Source: Lama glama (Eukaryota). Taken from it: a stretch of DNA of 64,000 nt. Shown here piece by piece: positions 13,800 to 26,075 of this stretch; within the stretch, counting starts at the first letter, position 1, and every line of letters begins with the position of its first letter. The position numbers were made by a program, and so were the translations under genes. Below the pieces are notes generated by a model, which was not told where the DNA came from, searched no databases, and worked only from the letters and a program-made list of their open reading frames with translations. Where the stretch lies: assembly GCA_028534125.1 (NCBI GenBank), contig CM052818.1, forward strand, positions 33,482,001 to 33,546,000, written 5' to 3'.

Positions 13800-15350
13800 A
13801 TGAGGTTATCAAAAAATATTAAGGATATATGGTTAAGCAAGACAAGTTTTAAGAATTAGAACAAGATGGATGAGGAGAATTTTTCCTTCAGCTACCAGGA
13901 CACACTATAAAGTTGTAATGGTTAATACAGTGGGCACTGGCACAAGGACAATGAGGCCGAACGGATGAGGACAAAAAGCCTAGAAACAGATTCATGTGTG
14001 ATGGAAACTTGTCATAATAAAAGAGGTAGCATTGCAGAGCCACAGGCCCAAGGATGACCTTTCGAATAAATGATGCTGAGACAACCAAGTATCCATTGGG
14101 AAAAAAAGCTAAATTCCTATCTCACAACATATTTTATAGAAAAAAGTAAATTTCTATTTAAAGACTGAAAAAGGAAACTTAAAAATTCTTAGAGAAAGAT
14201 GTATGACTTTTGGATAGGACAGAATTTCTTGAAATGCTTCCTCTTCTCTCTTAAAAATACACACACACACACACAGAGGTACAAATCTAAAAAGGAAAAT
14301 ATTGATGAATTTGACTTAATTAAATTAAAACTTCTGGACATCAGTAGCATCAAATTAAAAATATAAGCAACAGACTAAATGCAGGTATTTGTAATATAAG
14401 TAACTGCCAAAAGACTAGTATCAAAAATATGTAAAGAATATTTTAACATCGATTTAAAACATACAAACAATCCGCTTCAAACATGGGCAAAGGTCATTCC
14501 CAAAAGAAGAAATCTGAATTCACAATAGGGATATGAAAAAATTCTTCACTACGCTAGTAATCAGGCAAATACAAATTAAAACCATAATGAGATATCATTT
14601 CACACCCATCAGCTTCGCAAAAATTTGTCTGACAACACAGAGTATTGTTGAGGCTACAGAATAATGAGAACTCCCATCCATTTCTGGTGGAAAGATACTG
14701 ATACAACCTGGCAATATCTAATAAAATGGAACACCATACACCCTAAGAGCTAGCAATTCCATTCTAGGAATATACTCTAAAGGAGTAGCTTTCAAACTTT
14801 TTGATCATCACACACCTATTTTACATTGTGACCTGGTGCACACACACTTACTTATTCAATTGAAAGGAAAATTCACAAAGCAGTGCTTAGTCTTCCTCTG
14901 TGTGACACATTCTGATAGTTCCATTCTCTTCTCATTCATTTTTTAAATCTTGAGGTGACTCATTCAATTGATTTTACAACCAAAAATAGGTAAACACAAC
15001 CAATTCAAAAAACTGCCCCAGAAAATATTCTTACATATAGAGTGAAGGTAGAAGAATATTCAGTATGGCATTCTTTGTCAAAAGAAATTTAAAACAACGT
15101 AACAGTCAGTCAGCATGAGAGTGAATTAAAAACCACAGGCATATTCAGACAATGGAATATGCTACAGCAAAGCAAATGAAAGAACTAGAACTGTTAAGTG
15201 TTATTATAAATAGATTTCAGGAACTTAATACTAAGCAAAACAAGCAAGTTGCAGAAGAATATATATAGCATAAACCTATATACACTTTTTAAACATACAA
15301 AATAATGCTATACATTGTTTGGAGATACATTTATTATATGATGAATAAAG
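13800..15350 (+). mobile_element. Ancient L1 (L1ME-like) ORF2/3' fragments
   Basis: CAAATTAAAACCATAATGAGATATCATTTCACACCCATCAG and related degenerate L1 motifs; interrupted by a DNA element at about 14785-15018. Confidence 0.7.
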
Positions 15351-17739
15351 GAAAAAGATATGCACAGGAAAAAAGGAAAAAGATCACAGAAGAACATGGA
15401 AAAGCAAGTGAAATGGAAAAACCAATTGAACAACTAGATACTACAAAGTTAAAAGTCGCCCATCTTCAAAATTAAACTATTGCCTCCCAGGACAGCAGCT
15501 TCCTTCCAGGCATAAGGCCAATAAAAGAAAGGTTCAGCCTGCCAGCTAGAGACCAACGCAGCCAAACTGAGATCAGTCTGCAAAGCTTATTTTTTAAAAC
15601 TGTTCTATTTGGTAATCAAGTACACTGAGTATCTATTTTTAACTAAGTATTGAAATTCAGAACATGGACCAAAAAACGCAACAGGTAGTTGTGGGTGGAT
15701 GAGATGTCACAGCAGATGCCCCAAGCACAGCCATGTGCCAGTAAGGCTGAGTCACTGTGATGTGCTGAAAAGAGACACTAAGGCTGAGATGCCACAGGTC
15801 GCAGTGAGCCCTCTCTGCTTTCCTCTCAGGCATCGCTTCGGAATGCTGAACACTGAGATACCTTCAAGATTAGTAAATCACTGAAAAAGACAAAAGATGG
15901 CATCTTACAAATGGCACCTGCTTGTGACCAAGTTAACATACAGCAGAGAGCTAATAAGCATTCAGCAGGCTCATGGACTAATTCCCTAAAATTAAAACTT
16001 TGGCCCCTCCAGGTCTCAATATTCCACCTAGAAAAGTAAACCCTGCACTATTAACACACTTGACTGTAATTTCAAAAATGTCAATTCATTTGTCAGGGAA
16101 TGTCATTTAAAAGAATCACGTATAACAGAATTTCAGTAATAAACTATCAGACCAATAAACATGTTCCAAGCCATAAGACCAAACCATGTTAATTCCCAAA
16201 CCAAGCACCTTCTCTGGGAAAACACCTAATTCATTCATTCATTCAACCCTTACTTACTACACTACATGCAAAAGATATCATGGTAGATCTGAAGGAGGCA
16301 CAAAAATAAATTAAACAAGAACCCTGTCCTTAACAGCCTAGCAATGGAGTTTAGAAACACACATGGTCTCAGATCAGGTAGAATGATTCAGTTGCCATAA
16401 GAGAAATAAAGATGAATTGCTATGAAAAAAAAAAAACTTAAACATTGCATAGATTCTTGCCTATCTTCTATTCCTCCTGTGAACCAGACCTAGAATACAG
16501 ATACTCTGGTACCTCATCTCTTCAAGGACAAGTAGCTATATAGAGTAACGAGACTGGTTCTTGTGACCTCTAAATACCAGTCTCGTCATTTTATTCCTTC
16601 CAGGTATACTGTGCCCTACAGGTAATGCCCCATCTGAGTTAACAGAAATCCCAGACGTGGATCCCAATCCTCATAACTAAGTGCTGCTGATCTAAAAGAA
16701 GGAGAATGCCAAAAGTCACACACACATATACACACAAATTCTCTTCCCTAACTCTGCCACTGTTTTGCTATAGAAACTCGAGGAATTCACACTTTGGCTG
16801 ATGGAAGAAAGAACTGTTAATGAGCCCCTAAAGAACTTCCATGAATCTTTCAGACAAGTACTACATAAGAGGCATCAATAATGTTCTAGGTTAATAACGA
16901 TTTTCACATCATTTTATGTGTAGCAACTTTGTTACTGTAGGTAGAGGTATTTTTATTCCTTTTTTTAAATCTAAAGAAAGCAAATTCCAGAAATACTGCA
17001 TATCATTATATGCCATTTCAAATATTTTTCACAGAGCTAGTTCAAACAGGGCCAGGTCTAGTGGATTCATTTCAAACTGATCATCAGATCCACTATTTGC
17101 ATTTAAACACTCAACTAAACATTCAGGAATTTGGAAGCACCAAAGAGGCAGTCTACAGAAAAGAAGTGAGGTGACTTTATGTTGCTGAACCAAACTGTTC
17201 TCTGAGGATACTGACAAAATAGTAGGAAGTTCAGGTTTTTATCATCTTACATAAACCAGTCCCCAGTCCTCTGGCCATCAGTCCCCTGTCATGTCTTCAA
17301 TATCTCTGACAAGAATGTTTGTGATAAACTAAAGAAGAAAGACCTTTTTCTATGTCCTATACACTCAGGCCAGGAAACATCCCTGGCACACAGGTTTGGG
17401 TTTTTTTAATGAGATAAAATACACAAATCATAAAATTCACCCTTACAGGTACATAATTCAGTCATTTTTGGCATATTTACAGAGTTGTATAACATCACCA
17501 CTAATCAATTTTATAACACTTTCATCACCCCAAAAAGAAACCTCATAGCCACTGATCAATTAAACTGAAGGTAGTACCAGATGTTTTAAAAAGCATCCTA
17601 CTGTTCCAATGAAGGGTCCAACTAACTTAGTCTTCCCTGTCTTACTACCTTATATCCAGGCCTTCGGCTTAGTCAGAGAAGATTTGCAAGATTTGTAGAA
17701 GACAAAGGGCAAAAGGGCCTAAAAAAGAAAGACTAAAAG

Positions 17740-18650
17740 AGAATCAAGAATGCAACACTCCTAGTAAGAAAATGCTCAAAAAATGATGGGGATATACTCA
17801 AAAGCTAACATGACAGAGCTCCCAATGACAAAGGCTAGAAAAACTTAGCAGCAAAATAAATGAAGACACTATATGGATTATAATCCACAGAATGAAGTAA
17901 ATACCTAAAAATTCATACTGACATAAGCAGATAACTGAATAAATAATTTAGGGAGAAGGGATACCCCATCTTTACAGAAGAATTCAAATTACTAAATGTA
18001 GGAGGAATACAAAAATAAAAAAATCACTCTTAGATAAGCACCACATTAATAATAACTATAGGCAAGAACCATCAATGGATGCTGAAATTAATGGACAACA
18101 GTATGATGAGAAACAGAATATTTGCAGTCTCAAAGCATCATTCCACAAGATACTTACTAATTACAAAGGGAAAATCAGTTAGCTTTACAGTAGAGAAACC
18201 TGGTAGACACAATCTTAACCAAGTGGTCAAAGTTAATATACCAATGACTAGACATAGGAACATCATTACTCCCTGATCTGATGCACTGAAAGTAGTACAA
18301 CATCACTTCTGTAGTATTCTTGGCAAAAAAAAAAAAGTGTTTCTCACTCTAATAAAGGGAAAACACTAGACAAACCCATATTGAGCCACATTTTACAAAA
18401 TAACTAACCATTGCTATCTTTAAAAATGTCAGAATTATTAGAGACAGAGACAGGAACTCTCAGAGGTTAGGAAAACTAAGACACAACAACCAAATGCAAA
18501 TTGTACCTTAGATTGGATCTTGAATGGAAAAAAGGACGTTAACGGGAAAACCGGCAAAATTTAAATAAGACTTACAGAATAATTATCAATATGTAACAGT
18601 GTTTATTTTCGGTAGTAGTTTTGTAACTTTTCTGTAAGTAAATGTATTTC
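17740..18650 (+). mobile_element. Old L1 3'UTR (L1MC/MD-like)
   Basis: GAGCTCCCAATGACAAAGGCT..., TTTACAGTAGAGAAACCTGGTAGACAC..CTTAACCAAGTGGTCAAAGTTAA. Confidence 0.65.
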
Positions 18651-18671
18651 AAAATTAAAAGTTGGGTTTTT

Positions 18672-19043
18672 CTTTTTATTTTTTTAATTGAAGAATAGTC
18701 AGTTATAATGTGTCAATTTCTGGTGTACAGCATAATGTTTCAGTCATATATATATATTTGTCTTCATATTCTTTTTCATTATAGGTTACTACAAGATATT
18801 GAATATAGGTTCCTGTGACGTACAGAAGAAGTTTGTTTTTTATCTGTCTTATATATAGTAGTTAGTATTTGCAAATCTTGAACTCCCAATTTATCCCTTC
18901 CAACCCCCTTTTCCGCTGGTAACCATAACTATGTCTGTGAGTCTGTTTCTCCTTTGTAGATACGTTCATTAGTGTCTTTTTTTTTAGATTCCACATGAGT
19001 GATATCATCATATAGTATTTTTCTTTCTCTTTCTGGCTTACTG
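18672..19043 (-). mobile_element. Young, 5'-truncated L1 3' end with target-site duplication
   Basis: T-rich tail at the left; 15-bp TSD AAAAGTTGGGTTTTT at 18657-18671 and 19044-19058; very similar to the copy at about 24955-25149. Confidence 0.88.
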
Positions 19044-19492
19044 AAAAGTTGGGTTTTTTAATGCAACATTTCAAGGCCTGAGATCTTACTATTTCAACCC
19101 TATTGTGAAAAATGACTCACTTGGGGTAGCTATTGTACTTTTCCTATTAGGAAGGATTATCAAATGACATCAGATTCAGAATCCCAAATCCCAACTTTTA
19201 CAGTGCATACTGGATTACAGAAGAAACAGCAAGAAAACAAGTCAATGATGAAAAATACACTTGCTAAAAGCCAGACAGCATTCTATTAACAAAGAGATAT
19301 GCTTAAAAAAAATTAACATTCTGATCATAAAGCACAAATAAAACAACTAGAAACATAAATGTCAAGAACTGGACAAAACCAACTGAATCAAGTGATAAGA
19401 TCATGACTTGAATTTCTGTGGTATTCAATTTTTAAGAGTCTGGTGAGAAAGGTTTATCATCAGGTAAAGGTTGGATGGGTTCTGGTACATAC

Positions 19493-19620
19493 CCAGATTT
19501 CAAGTCAGTTATCCTCAAGCAGTTTGTAGCATCCAGCCCCACTTTTCCATTGCGGACCACGCTAGATATGAACGGGGAGAGCATTGGAGAAATTCGGTTC
19601 AAGGCCACTTCTGGGGACAT
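19493..19620 (-). CDS. BABAM2: BRISC and BRCA1-A complex member 2 (BRE/BRCC45), first coding exon (128 coding nt; [43 protein letters not shown])
   Basis: Peptide recognised as the BRE/BABAM2 N-terminus. Minus-strand acceptor ttccttctcctttcag about 24 nt upstream of the ATG; donor TGG|GTATGT at 19492. Head-to-head with RBKS as in other mammals. The next exon was not found in the window. Confidence 0.97.
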
Positions 19621-19644
19621 TTTAGCTTGACTTGTAAATCACTG
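19621..19644 (-). other. BABAM2: BABAM2 exon 2 5'UTR portion
   Basis: 24 nt between the acceptor AG (19646-19645) and the ATG; a second CAG 3 nt downstream could shorten it to 21 nt. Confidence 0.85.
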
Positions 19645-22416
19645 CTGAAAGGAGAAGGAAAGAATGGTGATCAGAATATCCAAAGGAACAAGATATAACA
19701 AGCTTCCTGGAAACCAGCACAGCACATAGAAGTGTCTCTTGTGTGATAACTCATTTCCTGTCTTGTAGCAGCATCTTCTAATGGCCATCCAGAAGAACTT
19801 ATCTCCCTCCTGCTCACCTACTCAGGACATAGACTTTTCAGGAAGAGCAGCAACCCCTGAAATCCAATCTCTTCCCCCTTTCCAAAGCCAGTTCCTACAC
19901 TACCATATTCTACTTAAAAGCTATCCCACTCTGTCTTACAACTGGCAGGTTCTACTTTAGTTGAAGCCTCAAGAAACTTTCACTGACAATCTTATCCCCC
20001 TAATACACAAAATACACACACCACTAGGTTATGAATTCCTCCCTCTGTGTTCCCACAAGGAGTAAAAACTTGTTTGATAAAACTATGTAAAATTCTGGAA
20101 CAGGAATAACCTACCTGCAATTGTTACTTACTAAAAATTATTTACTCCTGATACACCTCTCTTAATTACTGTCCCTCCACAGTGTATTATAACTACCTGC
20201 TTAGTGATCTCTCCCCTGCAGGACTGTCTTGAATCCCTAGTTTTCAATAAAAGTACCTGGCATAGACTAAGCACCCAATAAACATCTTTTAATAAATAAA
20301 TGAATGAGGAGACACAAAGCTAAAGAAATACTTACTTATGGAGAGAAGATATTATGCCCTCCAAAAAAAAAAAAGAGAAGACACTATATCTGAGGAATAG
20401 ATGTAGCAAAAATCTACTTAATAATTAAATCATGAAAACACATACCTATTCAGCTATTAAGCAACACAAACCAACACGGATCTAACAGTTTTTGACTTTA
20501 AGGCACTAAGAAGTTCTGAGACTTGAAAACATAAAAGTAAAACCAATAAATGATATCTAAATTACTTGGAAACCCACGGAGCTGGAGGAGGGAGTACATG
20601 AATTCCTCTTAATAGATTTCTAAATGAAAGCCTCCACTTTCAGAGGTGAATAAGTCAATTTAAATGATCATTTTCTTCTTCATTCTGAAGGATAATCCCA
20701 CATCAAAAGCAAATTAATTTCCTTCAAGTTACAATTAGAAGTCAATGATGTTCTCATTCTAGTTTTCATATATTATGCCATTTGAGGATTTACAGCTCCT
20801 GCTAAATGTTGAAAACTAGTACGTGGTTTAATCATTTCAGAATAGTAATAAAGGGAAGGGCTGCAGTGATCTTTCAAAAAATAACAACATCATGACTCTA
20901 TATAGTGATGACACCCAGAAGTACCACTGAAGCAGTATAAGCTTTATATTTTAGTACTCAAATCATCCTTTCTGCAAATATAAAACAAGCTCCTCTTCCA
21001 ACCACTTAACATACTGGAATGGTGGAGGGAGATCATCTGCTATCACAAAATAAGAATAAACATCTCATGCACTGTGTTATCAGTCATAAAAATCATGTAC
21101 ATTTTATAACACTTTATCATTTATAAAAAGTTTCCATACACACTAGTTCAGTTGATCTTCACAACCCTGGATGATAAGGCATGTATTAGAATTCCCACCT
21201 TACAGATGATGTGGGGAATTTATAATTTGTCTTTGAATAGTATACTAGCCCATGTTAGCATTTTGAAGCCTACTTTTTTCCTACTCTGCAACATTTCCAT
21301 TTTTATTTCTACCCATTGATGTCACAGCTCTTGAAAGGATGCTTATCTAGATCATATGCAAAACAGAAATACTCATGCTGGAAAAAAGCAAAAGGACCTG
21401 ATCTACATTACAAAGTTATTCTTCCATGTATTTTCCCACAATACCTATTACTGTTTTACCTCACATTTCTATGAAAAAGAGGAACAGAACCAACACATTC
21501 TGAAAAATCTACTGATTATCAGGCACCATGTTACCCATCTCTATCTGTAATTTCATTTACTTCCCCATAGCTACCCTGTTCTCTGGTTAATATTACTGTT
21601 CCCAGTTCAGAGATAAAACTAAAGCTTAGCAAGACTAGGTAACTTGTTCAAAGTCACAAATCTAGCAAGCAGAAGGATCAGAATTCAAATCCAGATCTAC
21701 CTTAGAGTCCACTATACACATCATCCTCTCAAATAAACATTTATAACTTCATTCGCCAAAGAGAAAACCAGCAAAGTGAATTTGTTTTAAAGCATACATC
21801 TAGTAAAATTTGAACAGACAAAAAGTCATGAATTTAAATTATTGATTGCTTAAAAACTAGAATCAAATTAGACTATTGCTGGCCGACTGCTGAAGCTGGC
21901 CTGAATGACTTACTAGGCAAACGCTAAAGGGAACAAAGCTGCTCCAGAAATCAAACTATACTTAAGGTGACAATACCCCATCCAATTCAGCAACTGTCGT
22001 GACCTTAGAATGACACCTGAAGTAATGAATTTGTCTTTGTTTCCAGAAGTGCCATAATACTATCTTTTGACAGTGCAAGATTTCATGCAGTATTAAAATG
22101 TTTCAACCGTAGCTGTTGTGACTTCTCTAAGAGTAAAAAAAAAAAAAAAAAAAAAACCTGACTCCCAAATCAGAAGTCACCGAATAGCCAAAAATGATGG
22201 TTCTTTCGTGGGGTCCTCTTGAGCCAAGGACATGGATCAACCCTAGTAGTAGCGTTTACACATCGAAGCACAATGATAGATCCCTGACAGATAAAAATCT
22301 GTGGTGGCCAGACTCCCTTGAATGCTACTTGTGCAATTTCTATTTCCTGATTTTGGCGTATGACAGAAGGAAAATGTAGAAATACAATTTTTTCAAGGGT
22401 CTGCTGCCTCAAAACA

Positions 22417-22580
22417 GGGTCACATGAGGTCCTCTGACGGGCGGCCTGGGAATACAAAGAGGTCTAAAGCATCATCTAGTTTCTTGTAATTAAGATGAGA
22501 TGACAAACACGGAAACATGTGCCCCGCTTACGTCATGGAACGGAAAGGGGTGGCGTCCTGCTGCGTCACGTCGACGTCAT
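22417..22580. promoter_or_regulatory. Cluster of CRE/ATF-like motifs in BABAM2 intron 1
   Basis: TGACG 22435-22439, TTACGTCA 22528-22535, TGCGTCA 22562-22568, CGACGTCA 22572-22579, all with CpG retained. Confidence 0.6.
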
Positions 22581-22990
22581 ACAGCGCACGAGGGAAGTTA
22601 CACTGGGGAAGCAATTTCTCCAAGGGGCAACATTCGTGAAAAACAAATCAGCTCAAACCCAAAGAATGACCACCCCGCTCTAAAAGGGGGTATCTAAGAG
22701 GGAACACGCTTCCTTCTCCCAAATTGTATCATCCCCTCATCACGCGGGAAGGAGGAAGGAGTCTGAGCTTAATCAGGAACCAGGGGGCGGGCTAGGCTTG
22801 GAGGGAGCGGCCTCTGGCCTTGATGGCTCGTTCCTGAGGTGGCTCGTGATGGGGATGAGCAGGGCATCTCTGGAACAGGGGCCTTCTCTATAGGAAGAGG
22901 AGGCGAGCCCTGGGCATATTTAAACCAGTCCTCAGCGCCACCTGTGCGACTGGGGATCCAACCTCCCCGCACCAGCCCCAGTCCAGGTAC

Positions 22991-23100
22991 CTGGAACTTA
23001 GTCCGATCGGTAACCGGCGACTACGTGGGGGACAGGTTACCCGAGCGCGCCCCCGACCGACGCACCAACCTGCGCGCGCACCGCGGGCGGCTGCGTGCGC
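22991..23100 (-). other. BABAM2: Probable non-coding exon 1 of BABAM2 (5' boundary uncertain)
   Basis: Minus-strand donor TTCCAG|GTACCT at 22990 at the edge of the CpG island; resembles the BABAM2 5'UTR as I recall it (GTAGTCGCCGGTTACCGATCGGACTAAGTTCCAG). Implies intron 1 of about 3.35 kb. Confidence 0.75.
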
Positions 23101-23485
23101 GCCCCCGGACGTCCCGCCCCGCCCCGCCCCTTCTGCGGCTCGGGAGCCGGGCGGCGTGCGCGTCCCCGGCCGCGCCAGGCCGGGCGCTCGGAAAGGCGTC
23201 CGGGCAGCGCCTGAAAGTTCCTACCTTGGCGTCTGCCTCATGCGCGCCGCGCAGCGCGGAGTCTGGAACGTTCAGGAGGGCTCTGTAACGGAAGGCTGTG
23301 CAGGGAGACAATTCCTGGAAGAACGGGGGGCAGTTGTGGGGCGGGGTTATTCGGGCATTCAGGTGGGCGCCCCGCATAGGCGTCCGAAGGCCCGCGTCGT
23401 TAGGGAGCGTGGGAGCGGCGTCTCTGGTTACGGGGTCGGGCAAAGGTTAAAGGGCAGCCTCCGAGTTGGAGAGCGCGGACTTTGA

Positions 23486-23731
<246 letters not shown>

Positions 23732-24875
23732 TAAGAGGCAGGATTTGAGTTTGTAAAGGTAAGTGTCAGGTGAGGAAACATAAAGGCCAGGGTGTAGTGA
23801 AAGCCCTAGTGTCACTAGAAGAGCTTCCAAAGAACTGTTCCTGATTTCTGTACCAGGCTACTGAGACTCTCCCCTAACTAGCCTAGTGACTTTGGCCAAG
23901 TCATTTTACCTCCGAGAATGAGAAGACTAAATGAAGTAAAGTGTTTTGAGCCATAACATTTTCCAGGTTGGGTATTATTTGTCTGAACGTGTATAAAAGG
24001 AGTGGAACAGAGGTCAAAAATGCGATCAGTCACCTTTCACCATACTGATTGTTGGCATTTCTGCATTTTATATTTAAAGCTTATTTTTCAGTATTAGAGT
24101 AACCATAGGTTGCCAATGGCAAACCAAGTATGAGTCAAAATAAAAACTTTTAAACACAATATTTACAACCATAAAAAAGTAATCAAGTAATGAAACAAAA
24201 TATGCTAGCTGAAAATAGAGTTAGGTTAGTGAAACTGGTTGGAGAAATCTTTCCAATTTATCTTTTTTTTTAATGAAAATGGCTTTTTTTTATTGCAAAA
24301 GTAATATTTATTTCTTGTAAAAGAAAATCCTACCATTCAGGTTGCTTCAGTTCAATGTTTTGGTGAGTGGCTTTTTAGATATAATGCTATTTTTACATTA
24401 TAAAAATTAAAAATGATCAGAACTACTACAATAAGACCTCATCTGTCCTCAACCTTGCTTTTCCGAAGGATAACCAAGAACCTAGAAATAAATAAAAAGT
24501 CCTTGGGACAAGCAAAATAAGTCACCAAGTCCATGCACTAAACCACCTGTGTTTTACTTAGAAAATAATTTTAGGGCCTTCACATAGCCAACTTAATCTT
24601 ACATTGCTTAAAATGTTTATAAGCTAGGTTATCAAATATCCAGACTGAGATTAGAAAGGTGGAGAAGCTGCTAGAGGGAGGTATAGTGACTACTAAAACC
24701 CTGAAAGTGAGGACAGTGTAGCAACAAAAGAATTTTAAATTCCAAGAGCCTTTATTTTTCCACAAATATTTGAGCTACCTTGTGCCAAGACAGATGTACT
24801 TCCTTTAGTGAAAGAGCATAAAGTTCAGTCTAGTTTTGCCCATTTGGTAAAGAGGGCTCCACACCTTTCTCTAGA

Positions 24876-25256
24876 GCCAGAGTCAGCAAACCTTTTCGCA
24901 AAGGGCCAGATAGTAATTACTTTAAGCCACATATGTTCTAGGTCACATATTCTTGTTTTTGTTTTTTTTGTTTGTTTTTTATTTTTGAAGTATTAGTTTA
25001 CAATGTGTCAATTTCTGGTGTACAGCACAATGTTTCAGTCATACATATACATAGCTATATTCATATATTTGTCTTCATATTCTTTTTCATTATAGGTTAC
25101 TACAAGATACTGAATGTAGTTCACAGTGCTATAGAGAAGAAACTTGTTAACATATTATTTTCTCTTAACATGTAAAAAGTATAAAACATAAAAAACTATT
25201 TTGATCTTATATGCCTTACAAAAACAGCCTGCAGGCCATAGTTTGCTGACTGCTGT
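24876..25256. mobile_element. hAT-Charlie MITE (MER58-like), interrupted by L1
   Basis: Termini CAGAGTCAGCAAAC / GTTTGCTGACTGCTG are inverted repeats; AAAGGGCCAGATAGTAA is typical of MER58. Confidence 0.7.
24953..25149 (-). mobile_element. Short L1 3' end of the same family, nested in a MER58-like element
   Basis: Shares AATGTGTCAATTTCTGGTGTACAGCA...CATATTCTTTTTCATTATAGGTTACTACAAGATA with the 18.7 kb copy; flanked by ACATATT on both sides. Confidence 0.82.
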
Positions 25257-26075
25257 CTAAAGCATCACTGTTTGACAGCTCACTAGAGTAACTCAGTAGA
25301 TGTTACTAGTGATGACTCTTCAAGAAAAGGGAATATGGTAATCATTAAATTTTATATAAAAATAGGGCATGTGTTTCACTTTAGAAATAGTTCCATCAAA
25401 TATATTTAAAGTTTAGTTACATAAGTTCAGACATCTAAAATAATTCATTCCTTAGAAAATCCATCCAGCTAAAATTTTACCATACTTTTATAGGTGAAGT
25501 GGCAGAAGAGAAAGAAAACAAAACAATTTTCCCATGCACCCTACCTAAATAAGAATGTCAGGGTTAGAATTCAGAGCCACCTTCTTATTAAACTAAGAAC
25601 TTTCTGTGAGGTTTGACCATCACACGTTAAAAATAACGATACTACTTTCTAAAATGAATACTCTTGAAATTTGGGGGAGGGCAGGGTCCCAAAGTATCTG
25701 TCAGGATTTAGAATTTTATATCAGAGCTAGAGGAATTGAGATTTTTTTCCCAGCCCTTCAGTTTATAGATGAGTATGGTGAAGTCCAGAGAAGAAACTCT
25801 TACATTATGAATAACCTTTTTTATTTCTCTAATTTTGCCGTTTTCTTTCCTTTATAAGATATCCAAGTTTCTAGTCTTCACATGAATCGCTAGTAAAAAT
25901 TTTATTCCCTTATAGACTCTTTCTCATGACTTTCCTACAAACTTTTCATGGTTTCTGATTACTTCTGCCTCTGAAGATCTTTATTAAATACCTGAGTATA
26001 GGATTTTTATTTAAAATCCTGCATCCCTGAAAAACTTGGGTCCAGCTTTGCGAGTTGTGGTACATACCACGATTA

